Part shown: positions 28,944 through 43,512 of the stretch, in pieces | Numbering within the stretch: position 1 is the first letter of the stretch | Layout of the letters: each line of letters starts with the position of its first letter | Source: Schmidtea nova | Lineage: Eukaryota | Assembly: GCA_044892505.1 (NCBI GenBank) | Contig: CM097883.1 | Coordinates: forward strand, 325,872,001 to 325,936,000 | DNA length: 64,000 nt | Direction: 5' to 3' | Notes under the pieces: generated by a model | Told to the model about the DNA's origin: nothing | Database searches by the model: none | The model's input: only the letters and a program-made list of their open reading frames with translations | Made by a program: the position numbers and the translations under genes

Positions 28944-31028
28944 AACCGAACCAATAAATAATTTTTTGAAAATCTTATTAAATACAATTTAAACAAATTT
29001 ATTCTTATTGTTTTAATTAAATTAAAATAAACCAATAAATTATATAAACATATATTTCTGAAACAGAGACAAACATATAACGTTCTTTAAAAGAATTTCT
29101 CTGAAAAACATACAGATTTTGATAATTCTCAAATATATCACCCTCGTGTACTTTAGGAACCACTTCTTGGCTCGACAGTCACGAAAGATTTATTAGAACC
29201 TTTACCGTTTTCAATAATTACTTTAAACAAAAAAACTTTATAACTTTTGAAAAATATAACTAGTTTGTCAAAAGTCAACGTTTCACAACTTTGATTCATC
29301 TCAACATTCTACATCAGAGAATAAAATAATAAAATAGTCAAAAAATAGTGAAACATTAAAAAACTTTTAAAGAATGAGATTATTCGACACCATGAAAGTA
29401 AAATATGATTTTTACAATTAATTTAAATTCAAATACCAAAAATATATTACATGTGATAATGAAACTCAATTTCGTTTTTAAAGAATTACCTAAAACAACA
29501 ATAAATTCTACTTTATCTTTCATCGAAACGTCATAGTTGCCCAAAACAAGTACAGTCTCAGACCCGGGTTATCGTTATTAAATGGTCCTAGAAAAACACA
29601 ATGAAATGAAAAATAACATTATACAAACCAATTCAATATATTGGTAACATACCACTTGTTTTGATTATTACTTTATTTTGTTGAAAAAAGATAAAATAAT
29701 GTGAAAATAATTTTATAAAAACAGTACAGCAAAGCTACGCGAAGTTGGAGTGGTGTATGATTATACTGGTGGACTAGAGTTATAGCGAAACAAAGTTGTC
29801 CAGGACAAAGTCAACCGAGTGTGATTGTATTTCATAAACATGGTATTGAAATTAAAACCGCTTGTTGTAAAGGAATTATTAAATTAGATGTGAACGAATA
29901 TAATTCTGCTAGATAAAAGAAATACAGCTGACAAACTTTGAGAGAATTTTGTTTGTTACATAAGCTAAATGGTTGAACGACATTTGATTGGATAAAATTT
30001 AAAATCATCTATACGCTTTGAGTGATATTTTGTCACATTGTCGGCAGAATAATGAACTAAAGTCATATAAACCATTATCTAAACTTTTGAATTATCAGCT
30101 TTAAAAATATTTAATTTAAAGTCATCATTCTTTATTAATTGTACTAATTTAAAATATCAAACAATAAAAATTAAATTAATTTCCAAAGAAATGTCTTTAA
30201 TTTCTTACTTTACTATTTTGTCTAATTTTTCAGAAATCTTAACACAAGCTATTTTAATATTTCAAGAATTTGTTTTAATATTACAATGTTTGTAACATTT
30301 ACAAATTAATTATAAAATAAAAGATTATAAAGTATTGAAAACTTTGTTATTGGCTTTGTTGATGTTTTGGAAACATATGTATTTCGTATTATGACTTTCG
30401 AAAAATACAAATAAAATTCCCTAACTTTTCAATAGAAAGAATGATAACTGACATCATAGTTGATTAATAAATGTTTATAAATAATTGCCACTTAAATTTA
30501 GAAATTTATTCAATTGCATGAAAATCTAGTTTTGGGATAAATGTCTAATGATTTGTAAACTAATTGAATAGTTCTTGACTTATTTATTTACTCACATCGA
30601 TAGATAATATTTTATTGGTCAAATTTTAAAATAAATTTCACTAATCCTTGTTTTTAAAAATGAAAACTTTAATTAATGTAAAATCAAGAACATTGTATTT
30701 ATTTTAATTTTAGTCTTATTTAGAATGGGTGTAACAAATTTATGATTATAGAACTTTTCGTAAATTTTGAATTTTCATTTGAACTTTATTTCACTCTACA
30801 TAAATCTCAATAGACCATGTCGTTGGTTGGCTGAAATAGTTGCCTTTATATTTACATTGCGATTTGCTTTACATAAGCGATTGTATAAATAAAATATTTT
30901 TCAAAGTTTTCTAAACAACATAAATAAAATATTTACTATATGTGAGACAAATAAACAAACACTTTTAAAATGTCTATAAAACCATCTATAATTAAAATTA
31001 GAAAAGTAATTACAGTTTAAGAAAGAAA

Positions 31029-31857
31029 ATGAGAAATTCTGTACTATTTGGTATAATGATAAGTGTCGTTATAGCAGTTATCCAGTGTGACGTGACTCCT
31101 GACCAACAACAACAATTGATTGATGTTCACAATAAATACCGTCGAGATGTTGCTCAGGGTAAAATCAGTGGACAACCAGCTGCTGCAAATATGTTGGAAT
31201 TGGTACGCGATTTCTATCTTATTTCTAAATTCAATAGTTTCTGGCATGTTTAAACAATCATTGATGTTTCGTTTCAGAAATGGAACGATGAAGCTGCACA
31301 AAGAGCTCAAATCTCGGCTGATCGTTGCGTTTTCGAACATGATAAATCGAGAAATCGTAGATTCGGAAGTTATGATTGGGTTGGTCAAAATATTGCATAC
31401 TGGTCAAGCGATGATGTGACAGAGTGAGAAATCAAGCAAATGATAGTTTTATTGTTTTCATTTGAATTTTAGCGGTGTCAAGATGTGGTTCGACGAAGTA
31501 AAAGATTACACATTCAATGGAGATAGATGTACCGGATTTACATGCTTACATTACACAGCTGTAATTTATAATTCCATTTCCAACTGAAATTTATGGCAAT
31601 TTTGTTCTAGTTAATCTGGGCTAAAACCAAAGAATTCGGATGTGGCATTGCAGACTGTTCACGACAAAACTTAGGAAATATCTTCATCGTATGTAATTAC
31701 GGACCCGGGTAAAGAATTAGATTTTTCGTTGTCGAATATGACTGAAATGTGTTTTGTTTTCAGTGGAAATTGGAACAATGAAGCCCCTTATCAAGTTGGT
31801 CAAACCTGTTCTAGATGTCCAAATGGAACCCGATGCAACAATGGACTATGCAGTTAA
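31029..31857 (+). CDS. CAP/VAL protein, copy 11
   Basis: Same 5-exon structure as copy 1. Confidence 0.95.
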
Positions 31858-33942
31858 AACCGAACCAATAAATAATTTTTTGAAAATCTTATTAAATACA
31901 ATTTAAACAAATTTATTCTTATTGTTTTAATTAAATTAAAATAAACCAATAAATTATATAAACATATATTTCTGAAACCGAGACAAACATATAACGTTCT
32001 TTAAAAGAATTTCTCTGAAAAACATACAGATTTTGATAATTCTCAAATATATCACCCTCGTGTACTTTAGGAACCACTTCTTGGCTCGACAGTCACGAAA
32101 GATTTATTAGAACCTTTACCGTTTTCAATAATTACTTTAAACAAAAAAACTTTATAACTTTTGAAAAATATAACTAGTTTGTCAAAAGTCAACGTTTCAC
32201 AACTTTGATTCATCTCAACATTCTACATCAGAGAATAAAATAATAAAATAGTCAAAAAATAGTGAAACATTAAAAAACTTTTAAAGAATGAGATTATTCG
32301 ACACCATGAAAGTAAAATATGATTTTTACAATTAATTTAAATTCAAATACCAAAAATATATTACATGTGATAATGAAACTCAATTTCGTTTTTAAAGAAT
32401 TACCTAAAACAACAATAAATTCTACTTTATCTTTCATCGAAACGTCATAGTTGCCCAAAACAAGTACAGTCTCAGACCCGGGTTATCGTTATTAAATGGT
32501 CCTAGAAAAACACAATGAAATGAAAAATAACATTATACAAACCAATTCAATATATTGGTAACATACCACCTGTTTTGATTATTACTTTATTTTGTTGAAA
32601 AAAGATAAAATAATGTGAAAATAATTTTATAAAAACAGTACAGCAAAGCTACGCGAAGTTGGAGTGGTGTATGATTATACTGGTGGACTAGAGTTAGAGC
32701 GAAACAAAGTTGTCCAGGACAAAGTCAACCGAGTGTGATTGTATTTCATAAACATGGTATTGAAATTAAAACCGCTTGTTGTAAAGGAATTATTAAATTA
32801 GATGTGAACGAATATAATTCTGCTAGATAAAAGAAATACAGCTGACAAACTTTTAGAGAATTTTGTTTGTTACATAAGCTAAATGGTTGAACGACATTTG
32901 ATTGGATAAAATTTAAAATCATCTATACGCTTTGAGTGATATTTTGTCACATTGTCGGCAGAATAATGAACTAAAGTCATATAAACCATTATCTAAACTT
33001 TTGAATTATCAGCTTTAAAAATATTTAATTTAAAGTCATCATTCTTTATTAATTGTACTAATTTAAAATATCAAACAATAAAAATTAAATTAATTTCCAA
33101 AGAAATGTCTTTAATTTCTTACTTTACTATTTTGTCTAATTTTTCAGAAATCTTAACACAAGCTATTTTAATATTTCAAGAATTTGTTTTAATATTACAA
33201 TGTTTGTAACATTTACAAATTAATTATAAAATAAAAGATTATAAAGTATTGAAAACTTTGTTATTGGCTTTGTTGATGTTTTGGAAACATCTGTATTTCG
33301 TTTTATGACTTTCGAAAAATACAAATAAAATTCCCTAACTTTTCAATAGAAAGAATGATAACTGACATCATAGTTGATTAATAAATGTTTATAAATAATT
33401 GCCACTTAAATTTAGAAATTTATTCAATTGCATGAAAATCTAGTTTTGGGATAAATGTCTAATGATTTGTAAACTAATTGAATAGTTCTTGACTAATTTA
33501 TTTACTCACATCGATAGATAATATTTTATTGGTCAAATTTTAAAATAAATTTCACTAATCCTTGTTTTTAAAAATGAAAACTTTAATTAATGTAAAATCA
33601 AGAACATTGTATTTATTTTAATTTTAGTCTTATTTAGAATGGGTGTAACAAATTTATGATTATAGAACTTTTCGTAAATTTTGAATTTTCATTTGAACTT
33701 TATTTCACTCTACATAAATCTCAATAGACCATGTCGTTGGTTGGCTGAAATAGTTGCTTTTATATTTACATTGCGATTTGCTTTACATAAGCGATTGTAT
33801 AAATAAAATATTTTTCAAAGTTTTCTAAACAACATAAATAAAATATTTACTATATGTGAGACAAATAAACAAACACTTTTAAAATGTCTATAAAACCATC
33901 TATAATTAAAATTAGAAAAGTAATTACAGTTTAAGAAAGAAA

Positions 33943-34771
33943 ATGAGAAATTCTGTACTATTTGGTATAATGATAAGTGTCGTTATAGCAGTTATCCAGT
34001 GTGACGTGACTCCTGACCAACAACAACAATTGATTGATGTTCACAATAAATACCGTCGAGATGTTGCTCAGGGTAAAATCAGTGGACAACCAGCTGCTGC
34101 AAATATGTTGGAATTGGTACGCGATTTCTATCTTATTTCTAAATTCAATAGTTTCTGGCATGTTTAAACAATCATTGATGTTTCGTTTCAGAAATGGAAC
34201 GATGAAGCTGCACAAAGAGCTCAAATCTCGGCTGATCGTTGCGTTTTCGAACATGATAAATCGAGAAATCGTAGATTCGGAAGTTATGATTGGGTTGGTC
34301 AAAATATTGCATACTGGTCAAGCGATGATGTGACAGAGTGAGAAATCAAGCAAATGATAGTTTTATTGTTTTCATTTGAATTTTAGCGGTGTCAAGATGT
34401 GGTTCGACGAAGTAAAAGATTACACATTCAATGGAGATAGATGTACCGGATTTACATGCTTACATTACACAGCTGTAATTTATAATTCCATTTCCAACTG
34501 AAATTTATGGCAATTTTGTTCTAGTTAATCTGGGCTAAAACCAAAGAATTCGGATGTGGCATTGCAGACTGTTCACGACAAAACTTAGGAAATATCTTCA
34601 TCGTATGTAATTACGGACCCGGGTAAAGAATTAGATTTTTCGTTGTCGAATATGACTGAAATGTGTTTTGTTTTCAGTGGAAATTGGAACAATGAAGCCC
34701 CTTATCAAGTTGGTCAAACCTGTTCTAGATGTCCAAATGGAACCCGATGCAACAATGGACTATGCAGTTAA
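33943..34771 (+). CDS. CAP/VAL protein, copy 12
   Basis: Same 5-exon structure as copy 1. Confidence 0.95.
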
Positions 34772-36855
34772 AACCGAACCAATAAATAATTTTTTGAAAA
34801 TCTTATTAAATACAATTTAAACAAATTTATTCTTATTGTTTTAATTAAATTAAAATAAACCAATAAATTATATAAACATATATTTCTGAAACCGAGACAA
34901 ACATATAACGTTCTTTAAAAGAATTTCTCTGAAAAACATACAGATTTTGATAATTCTCAAATATATCACCCTCGTGTACTTTAGGAACCACTTCTTGGCT
35001 CGACAGTCACGAAAGATTTATTAGAACCTTTACCGTTTTCAATAATTACTTTAAACAAAAAAACTTTATAACTTTTGAAAAATATAACTAGTTTGTCAAA
35101 AGTCAACGTTTCACAACTTTGATTCATCTCAACATTCTACATCAGAGAATAAAATAATAAAATAGTCAAAAAATAGTGAAACATTAAAAAACTTTTAAAG
35201 AATGAGATTATTCGACACCATGAAAGTAAAATATGATTTTTACAATTAATTTAAATTCAAATACCAAAAATATATTACATGTGATAATGAAACTCAATTT
35301 CGTTTTTAAAGAATTACCTAAAACAACAATAAATTCTACTTTATCTTTCATCGAAACGTCATAGTTGCCCAAAACAAGTACAGTCTCAGACCCGGGTTAT
35401 CGTTATTAAATGGTCCTAGAAAAACACAATGAAATGAAAAATAACATTATACAAACCAATTCAATATATTGGTAACATACCACCTGTTTTGATTATTACT
35501 TTATTTTGTTGAAAAAAGATAAAATAATGTGAAAATAATTTTATAAAAACAGTACAGCAAAGCTACGCGAAGTTGGAGTGGTGTATGATTATACTGGTGG
35601 ACTAGAGTTAGAGCGAAACAAAGTTGTCCAGGACAAAGTCAACCGAGTGTGATTGTATTTCATAAACATGGTATTGAAATTAAAACCGCTTGTTGTAAAG
35701 GAATTATTAAATTAGATGTGAACGAATATAATTCTGCTAGATAAAAGAAATACAGCTGACAAACTTTTAGAGAATTTTGTTTGTTACATAAGCTAAATGG
35801 TTGAACGACATTTGATTGGATAAAATTTAAAATCATCTATACGCTTTGAGTGATATTTTGTCACATTGTCGGCAGAATAATGAACTAAAGTCATATAAAC
35901 CATTATCTAAACTTTTGAATTATCAGCTTTAAAAATATTTAATTTAAAGTCATCATTCTTTATTAATTGTACTAATTTAAAATATCAAACAATAAAAATT
36001 AAATTAATTTCCAAAGAAATGTCTTTAATTTCTTACTTTACTATTTTGTCTAATTTTCAGAAATCTTAACACAAGCTATTTTAATATTTCAAGAATTTGT
36101 TTTAATATTACAATGTTTGTAACATTTACAAATTAATTATAAAATAAAAGATTATAAAGTATTGAAAACTTTGTTATTGGCTTTGTTGATGTTTTGGAAA
36201 CATCTGTATTTCGTATTATGACTTTCGAAAAATACAAATAAAATTCCCTAACTTTTCAATAGAAAGAATGATAACTGACATCATAGTTGATTAATAAATG
36301 TTTATAAATAATTGCCACTTAAATTTAGAAATTTATTCAATTGCATGAAAATCTAGTTTTGGGATAAATGTCTAATGATTTGTAAACTAATTGAATAGTT
36401 CTTGACTAATTTATTTACTCACATCGATAGATAATATTTTATTGGTCAAATTTTAAAATAAATTTCACTAATCCTTGTTTTTAAAAATGAAAACTTTAAT
36501 TAATGTAAAATCAAGAACATTGTATTTATTTTAATTTTAGTCTTATTTAGAATGGGTGTAACAAATTTATGATTATAGAACTTTTCGTAAATTTTGAATT
36601 TTCATTTGAACTTTATTTCACTCTACATAAATCTCAATAGACCATGTCGTTGGTTGGCTGAAATAGTTGCTTTTATATTTACATTGCGATTTGCTTTACA
36701 TAAGCGATTGTATAAATAAAATATTTTTCAAAGTTTTCTAAACAACATAAATAAAATATTTACTATATGTGAGACAAATAAACAAACACTTTTAAAATGT
36801 CTATAAAACCATCTATAATTAAAATTAGAAAAGTAATTACAGTTTAAGAAAGAAA

Positions 36856-37684
36856 ATGAGAAATTCTGTACTATTTGGTATAATGATAAGTGTCGTTATA
36901 GCAGTTATCCAGTGTGACGTGACTCCTGACCAACAACAACAATTGATTGATGTTCACAATAAATACCGTCGAGATGTTGCTCAGGGTAAAATCAGTGGAC
37001 AACCAGCTGCTGCAAATATGTTGGAATTGGTACGCGATTTCTATCTTATTTCTAAATTCAATAGTTTCTGGCATGTTTAAACAATCATTGATGTTTCGTT
37101 TCAGAAATGGAACGATGAAGCTGCACAAAGAGCTCAAATCTCGGCTGATCGTTGCGTTTTCGAACATGATAAATCGAGAAATCGTAGATTCGGAAGGTAT
37201 GATTGGGTTGGTCAAAATATTGCATACTGGTCAAGCGATGATGTGACAGAGTGAGAAATCAAGCAAATGATAGTTTTATTGTTTTCATTTGAATTTTAGC
37301 GGTGTCAAGATGTGGTTCGACGAAGTAAAAGATTACACATTCAATGGAGATAGATGTACCGGATTTACATGCTTACATTACACAGCTGTAATTTATAATT
37401 CCATTTCCAACTGAAATTTATGGCAATTTTGTTCTAGTTAATCTGGGCTAAAACCAAAGAATTCGGATGTGGCATTGCAGACTGTTCACGACAAAACTTA
37501 GGAAATATCTTCATCGTATGTAATTACGGACCCGGGTAAAGAATTAGATTTTTCGTTGTCGAATATGACTGAAATGTGTTTTGTTTTCAGTGGAAATTGG
37601 AACAATGAAGCCCCTTATCAAGTTGGTCAAACCTGTTCTAGATGTCCAAATGGAACCCGATGCAACAATGGACTATGCAGTTAA
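36856..37684 (+). CDS. CAP/VAL protein, copy 13 (S89R)
   Basis: Same structure; AGT>AGG at 37197, also visible in the overlapping ORF-track frames. Confidence 0.95.
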
Positions 37685-39769
37685 AACCGAACCAATAAAT
37701 AATTTTTTGAAAATCTTATTAAATACAATTTAAACAAATTTATTCTTATTGTTTTAATTAAATTAAAATAAACCAATAAATTATATAAACATATATTTCT
37801 GAAACCGAGACAAACATATAACGTTCTTTAAAAGAATTTCTCTGAAAAACATACAGATTTTGATAATTCTCAAATATATCACCCTCGTGTACTTTAGGAA
37901 CCACTTCTTGGCTCGACAGTCACGAAAGATTTATTAGAACCTTTACCGTTTTCAATAATTACTTTAAACAAAAAAACTTTATAACTTTTGAAAAATATAA
38001 CTAGTTTGTCAAAAGTCAACGTTTCACAACTTTGATTCATCTCAACATTCTACATCAGAGAATAAAATAATAAAATAGTCAAAAAATAGTGAAACATTAA
38101 AAAACTTTTAAAGAATGAGATTATTCGACACCATGAAAGTAAAATATGATTTTTACAATTAATTTAAATTCAAATACCAAAAATATATTACATGTGATAA
38201 TGAAACTCAATTTCGTTTTTAAAGAATTACCTAAAACAACAATAAATTCTACTTTATCTTTCATCGAAACGTCATAGTTGCCCAAAACAAGTACAGTCTC
38301 AGACCCGGGTTATCGTTATTAAATGGTCCTAGAAAAACACAATGAAATGAAAAATAACATTATACAAACCAATTCAATATATTGGTAACATACCACCTGT
38401 TTTGATTATTACTTTATTTTGTTGAAAAAAGATAAAATAATGTGAAAATAATTTTATAAAAACAGTACAGCAAAGCTACGCGAAGTTGGAGTGGTGTATG
38501 ATTATACTGGTGGACTAGAGTTATAGCGAAACAAAGTTGTCCAGGACAAAGTCAACCGAGTGTGATTGTATTTCATAAACATGGTATTGAAATTAAAACC
38601 GCTTGTTGTAAAGGAATTATTAAATTAGATGTGAACGAATATAATTCTGCTAGATAAAAGAAATACAGCTGACAAACTTTGAGAGAATTTTGTTTGTTAC
38701 ATAAGCTAAATGGTTGAACGACATTTGATTGGATAAAATTTAAAATCATCTATACGCTTTGAGTGATATTTTGTCACATTGTCGGCAGAATAATGAACTA
38801 AAGTCATATAAACCATTATCTAAACTTTTGAATTATCAGCTTTAAAAATATTTAATTTAAAGTCATCATTCTTTATTAATTGTACTAATTTAAAATATCA
38901 AACAATAAAAATTAAATTAATTTCCAAAGAAATGTCTTTAATTTCTTACTTTACTATTTTGTCTAATTTTTCAGAAATCTTAACACAAGCTATTTTAATA
39001 TTTCAAGAATTTGTTTTAATATTACAATGTTTGTAACATTTACAAATTAATTATAAAATAAAAGATTATAAAGTATTGAAAACTTTGTTATTGGCTTTGT
39101 TGATGTTTTGGAAACATATGTATTTCGTATTATGACTTTCGAAAAATACAAATAAAATTCCCTAACTTTTCAATAGAAAGAATGATAACTGACATCATAG
39201 TTGATTAATAAATGTTTATAAATAATTGCCACTTAAATTTAGAAATTTATTCAATTGCATGAAAATCTAGTTTTGGGATAAATGTCTAATGATTTGTAAA
39301 CTAATTGAATAGTTCTTGACTTATTTATTTACTCACATCGATAGATAATATTTTATTGGTCAAATTTTAAAATAAATTTCACTAATCCTTGTTTTTAAAA
39401 ATGAAAACTTTAATTAATGTAAAATCAAGAACATTGTATTTATTTTAATTTTAGTCTTATTTAGAATGGGTGTAACAAATTTATGATTATAGAACTTTTC
39501 GTAAATTTTGAATTTTCATTTGAACTTTATTTCACTCTACATAAATCTCAATAGACCATGTCGTTGGTTGGCTGAAATAGTTGCCTTTATATTTACATTG
39601 CGATTTGCTTTACATAAGCGATTGTATAAATAAAATATTTTTCAAAGTTTTCTAAACAACATAAATAAAATATTTACTATATGTGAGACAAATAAACAAA
39701 CACTTTTAAAATGTCTATAAAACCATCTATAATTAAAATTAGAAAAGTAATTACAGTTTAAGAAAGAAA

Positions 39770-40598
39770 ATGAGAAATTCTGTACTATTTGGTATAATGA
39801 TAAGTGTCGTTATAGCAGTTATCCAGTGTGACGTGACTCCTGACCAACAACAACAATTGATTGATGTTCACAATAAATACCGTCGAGATGTTGCTCAGGG
39901 TAAAATCAGTGGACAACCAGCTGCTGCAAATATGTTGGAATTGGTACGCGATTTCTATCTTATTTCTAAATTCAATAGTTTCTGGCATGTTTAAACAATC
40001 ATTGATGTTTCGTTTCAGAAATGGAACGATGAAGCTGCACAAAGAGCTCAAATCTCGGCTGATCGTTGCGTTTTCGAACATGATAAATCGAGAAATCGTA
40101 GATTCGGAAGTTATGATTGGGTTGGTCAAAATATTGCATACTGGTCAAGCGATGATGTGACAGAGTGAGAAATCAAGCAAATGATAGTTTTATTGTTTTC
40201 ATTTGAATTTTAGCGGTGTCAAGATGTGGTTCGACGAAGTAAAAGATTACACATTCAATGGAGATAGATGTACCGGATTTACATGCTTACATTACACAGC
40301 TGTAATTTATAATTCCATTTCCAACTGAAATTTATGGCAATTTTGTTCTAGTTAATCTGGGCTAAAACCAAAGAATTCGGATGTGGCATTGCAGACTGTT
40401 CACGACAAAACTTAGGAAATATCTTCATCGTATGTAATTACGGACCCGGGTAAAGAATTAGATTTTTCGTTGTCGAATATGACTGAAATGTGTTTTGTTT
40501 TCAGTGGAAATTGGAACAATGAAGCCCCTTATCAAGTTGGTCAAACCTGTTCTAGATGTCCAAATGGAACCCGATGCAACAATGGACTATGCAGTTAA
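39770..40598 (+). CDS. CAP/VAL protein, copy 14
   Basis: Same 5-exon structure as copy 1. Confidence 0.95.
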
Positions 40599-42683
40599 AA
40601 CCGAACCAATAAATAATTTTTTGAAAATCTTATTAAATACAATTTAAACAAATTTATTCTTATTGTTTTAATTAAATTAAAATAAACCAATAAATTATAT
40701 AAACATATATTTCTGAAACCGAGACAAACATATAACGTTCTTTAAAAGAATTTCTCTGAAAAACATACAGATTTTGATAATTCTCAAATATATCACCCTC
40801 GTGTACTTTAGGAACCACTTCTTGGCTCGACAGTCACGAAAGATTTATTAGAACCTTTACCGTTTTCAATAATTACTTTAAACAAAAAAACTTTATAACT
40901 TTTGAAAAATATAACTAGTTTGTCAAAAGTCAACGTTTCACAACTTTGATTCATCTCAACATTCTACATCAGAGAATAAAATAATAAAATAGTCAAAAAA
41001 TAGTGAAACATTAAAAAACTTTTAAAGAATGAGATTATTCGACACCATGAAAGTAAAATATGATTTTTACAATTAATTTAAATTCAAATACCAAAAATAT
41101 ATTACATGTGATAATGAAACTCAATTTCGTTTTTAAAGAATTACCTAAAACAACAATAAATTCTACTTTATCTTTCATCGAAACGTCATAGTTGCCCAAA
41201 ACAAGTACAGTCTCAGACCCGGGTTATCGTTATTAAATGGTCCTAGAAAAACACAATGAAATGAAAAATAACATTATACAAACCAATTCAATATATTGGT
41301 AACATACCACCTGTTTTGATTATTACTTTATTTTGTTGAAAAAAGATAAAATAATGTGAAAATAATTTTATAAAAACAGTACAGCAAAGCTACGCGAAGT
41401 TGGAGTGGTGTATGATTATACTGGTGGACTAGAGTTAGAGCGAAACAAAGTTGTCCAGGACAAAGTCAACCGAGTGTGATTGTATTTCATAAACATGGTA
41501 TTGAAATTAAAACCGCTTGTTGTAAAGGAATTATTAAATTAGATGTGAACGAATATAATTCTGCTAGATAAAAGAAATACAGCTGACAAACTTTTAGAGA
41601 ATTTTGTTTGTTACATAAGCTAAATGGTTGAACGACATTTGATTGGATAAAATTTAAAATCATCTATACGCTTTGAGTGATATTTTGTCACATTGTCGGC
41701 AGAATAATGAACTAAAGTCATATAAACCATTATCTAAACTTTTGAATTATCAGCTTTAAAAATATTTAATTTAAAGTCATCATTCTTTATTAATTGTACT
41801 AATTTAAAATATCAAACAATAAAAATTAAATTAATTTCCAAAGAAATGTCTTTAATTTCTTACTTTACTATTTTGTCTAATTTTTCAGAAATCTTAACAC
41901 AAGCTATTTTAATATTTCAAGAATTTGTTTTAATATTACAATGTTTGTAACATTTACAAATTAATTATAAAATAAAAGATTATAAAGTATTGAAAACTTT
42001 GTTATTGGCTTTGTTGATGTTTTGGAAACATATGTATTTCGTATTATGACTTTCGAAAAATACAAATAAAATTCCCTAACTTTTCAATAGAAAGAATGAT
42101 AACTGACATCATAGTTGATTAATAAATGTTTATAAATAATTGCCACTTAAATTTAGAAATTTATTCAATTGCATGAAAATCTAGTTTTGGGATAAATGTC
42201 TAATGATTTGTAAACTAATTGAATAGTTCTTGACTTATTTATTTACTCACATCGATAGATAATATTTTATTGGTCAAATTTTAAAATAAATTTCACTAAT
42301 CCTTGTTTTTAAAAATGAAAACTTTAATTAATGTAAAATCAAGAACATTGTATTTATTTTAATTTTAGTCTTATTTAGAATGGGTGTAACAAATTTATGA
42401 TTATAGAACTTTTCGTAAATTTTGAATTTTCATTTGAACTTTATTTCACTCTACATAAATCTCAATAGACCATGTCGTTGGTTGGCTGAAATAGTTGCCT
42501 TTATATTTACATTGCGATTTGCTTTACATAAGCGATTGTATAAATAAAATATTTTTCAAAGTTTTCTAAACAACATAAATAAAATATTTACTATATGTGA
42601 GACAAATAAACAAACACTTTTAAAATGTCTATAAAACCATCTATAATTAAAATTAGAAAAGTAATTACAGTTTAAGAAAGAAA

Positions 42684-43512
42684 ATGAGAAATTCTGTACT
42701 ATTTGGTATAATGATAAGTGTCGTTATAGCAGTTATCCAGTGTGACGTGACTCCTGACCAACAACAACAATTGATTGATGTTCACAATAAATACCGTCGA
42801 GATGTTGCTCAGGGTAAAATCAGTGGACAACCAGCTGCTGCAAATATGTTGGAATTGGTACGCGATTTCTATCTTATTTCTAAATTCAATAGTTTCTGGC
42901 ATGTTTAAACAATCATTGATGTTTCGTTTCAGAAATGGAACGATGAAGCTGCACAAAGAGCTCAAATCTCGGCTGATCGTTGCGTTTTCGAACATGATAA
43001 ATCGAGAAATCGTAGATTCGGAAGTTATGATTGGGTTGGTCAAAATATTGCATACTGGTCAAGCGATGATGTGACAGAGTGAGAAATCAAGCAAATGATA
43101 GTTTTATTGTTTTCATTTGAATTTTAGCGGTGTCAAGATGTGGTTCGACGAAGTAAAAGATTACACATTCAATGGAGATAGATGTACCGGATTTACATGC
43201 TTACATTACACAGCTGTAATTTATAATTCCATTTCCAACTGAAATTTATGGCAATTTTGTTCTAGTTAATCTGGGCTAAAACCAAAGAATTCGGATGTGG
43301 CATTGCAGACTGTTCACGACAAAACTTAGGAAATATCTTCATCGTATGTAATTACGGACCCGGGTAAAGAATTAGATTTTTCGTTGTCGAATATGACTGA
43401 AATGTGTTTTGTTTTCAGTGGAAATTGGAACAATGAAGCCCCTTATCAAGTTGGTCAAACCTGTTCTAGATGTCCAAATGGAACCCGATGCAACAATGGA
43501 CTATGCAGTTAA
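42684..43512 (+). CDS. CAP/VAL protein, copy 15
   Basis: Same 5-exon structure as copy 1. Confidence 0.95.
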
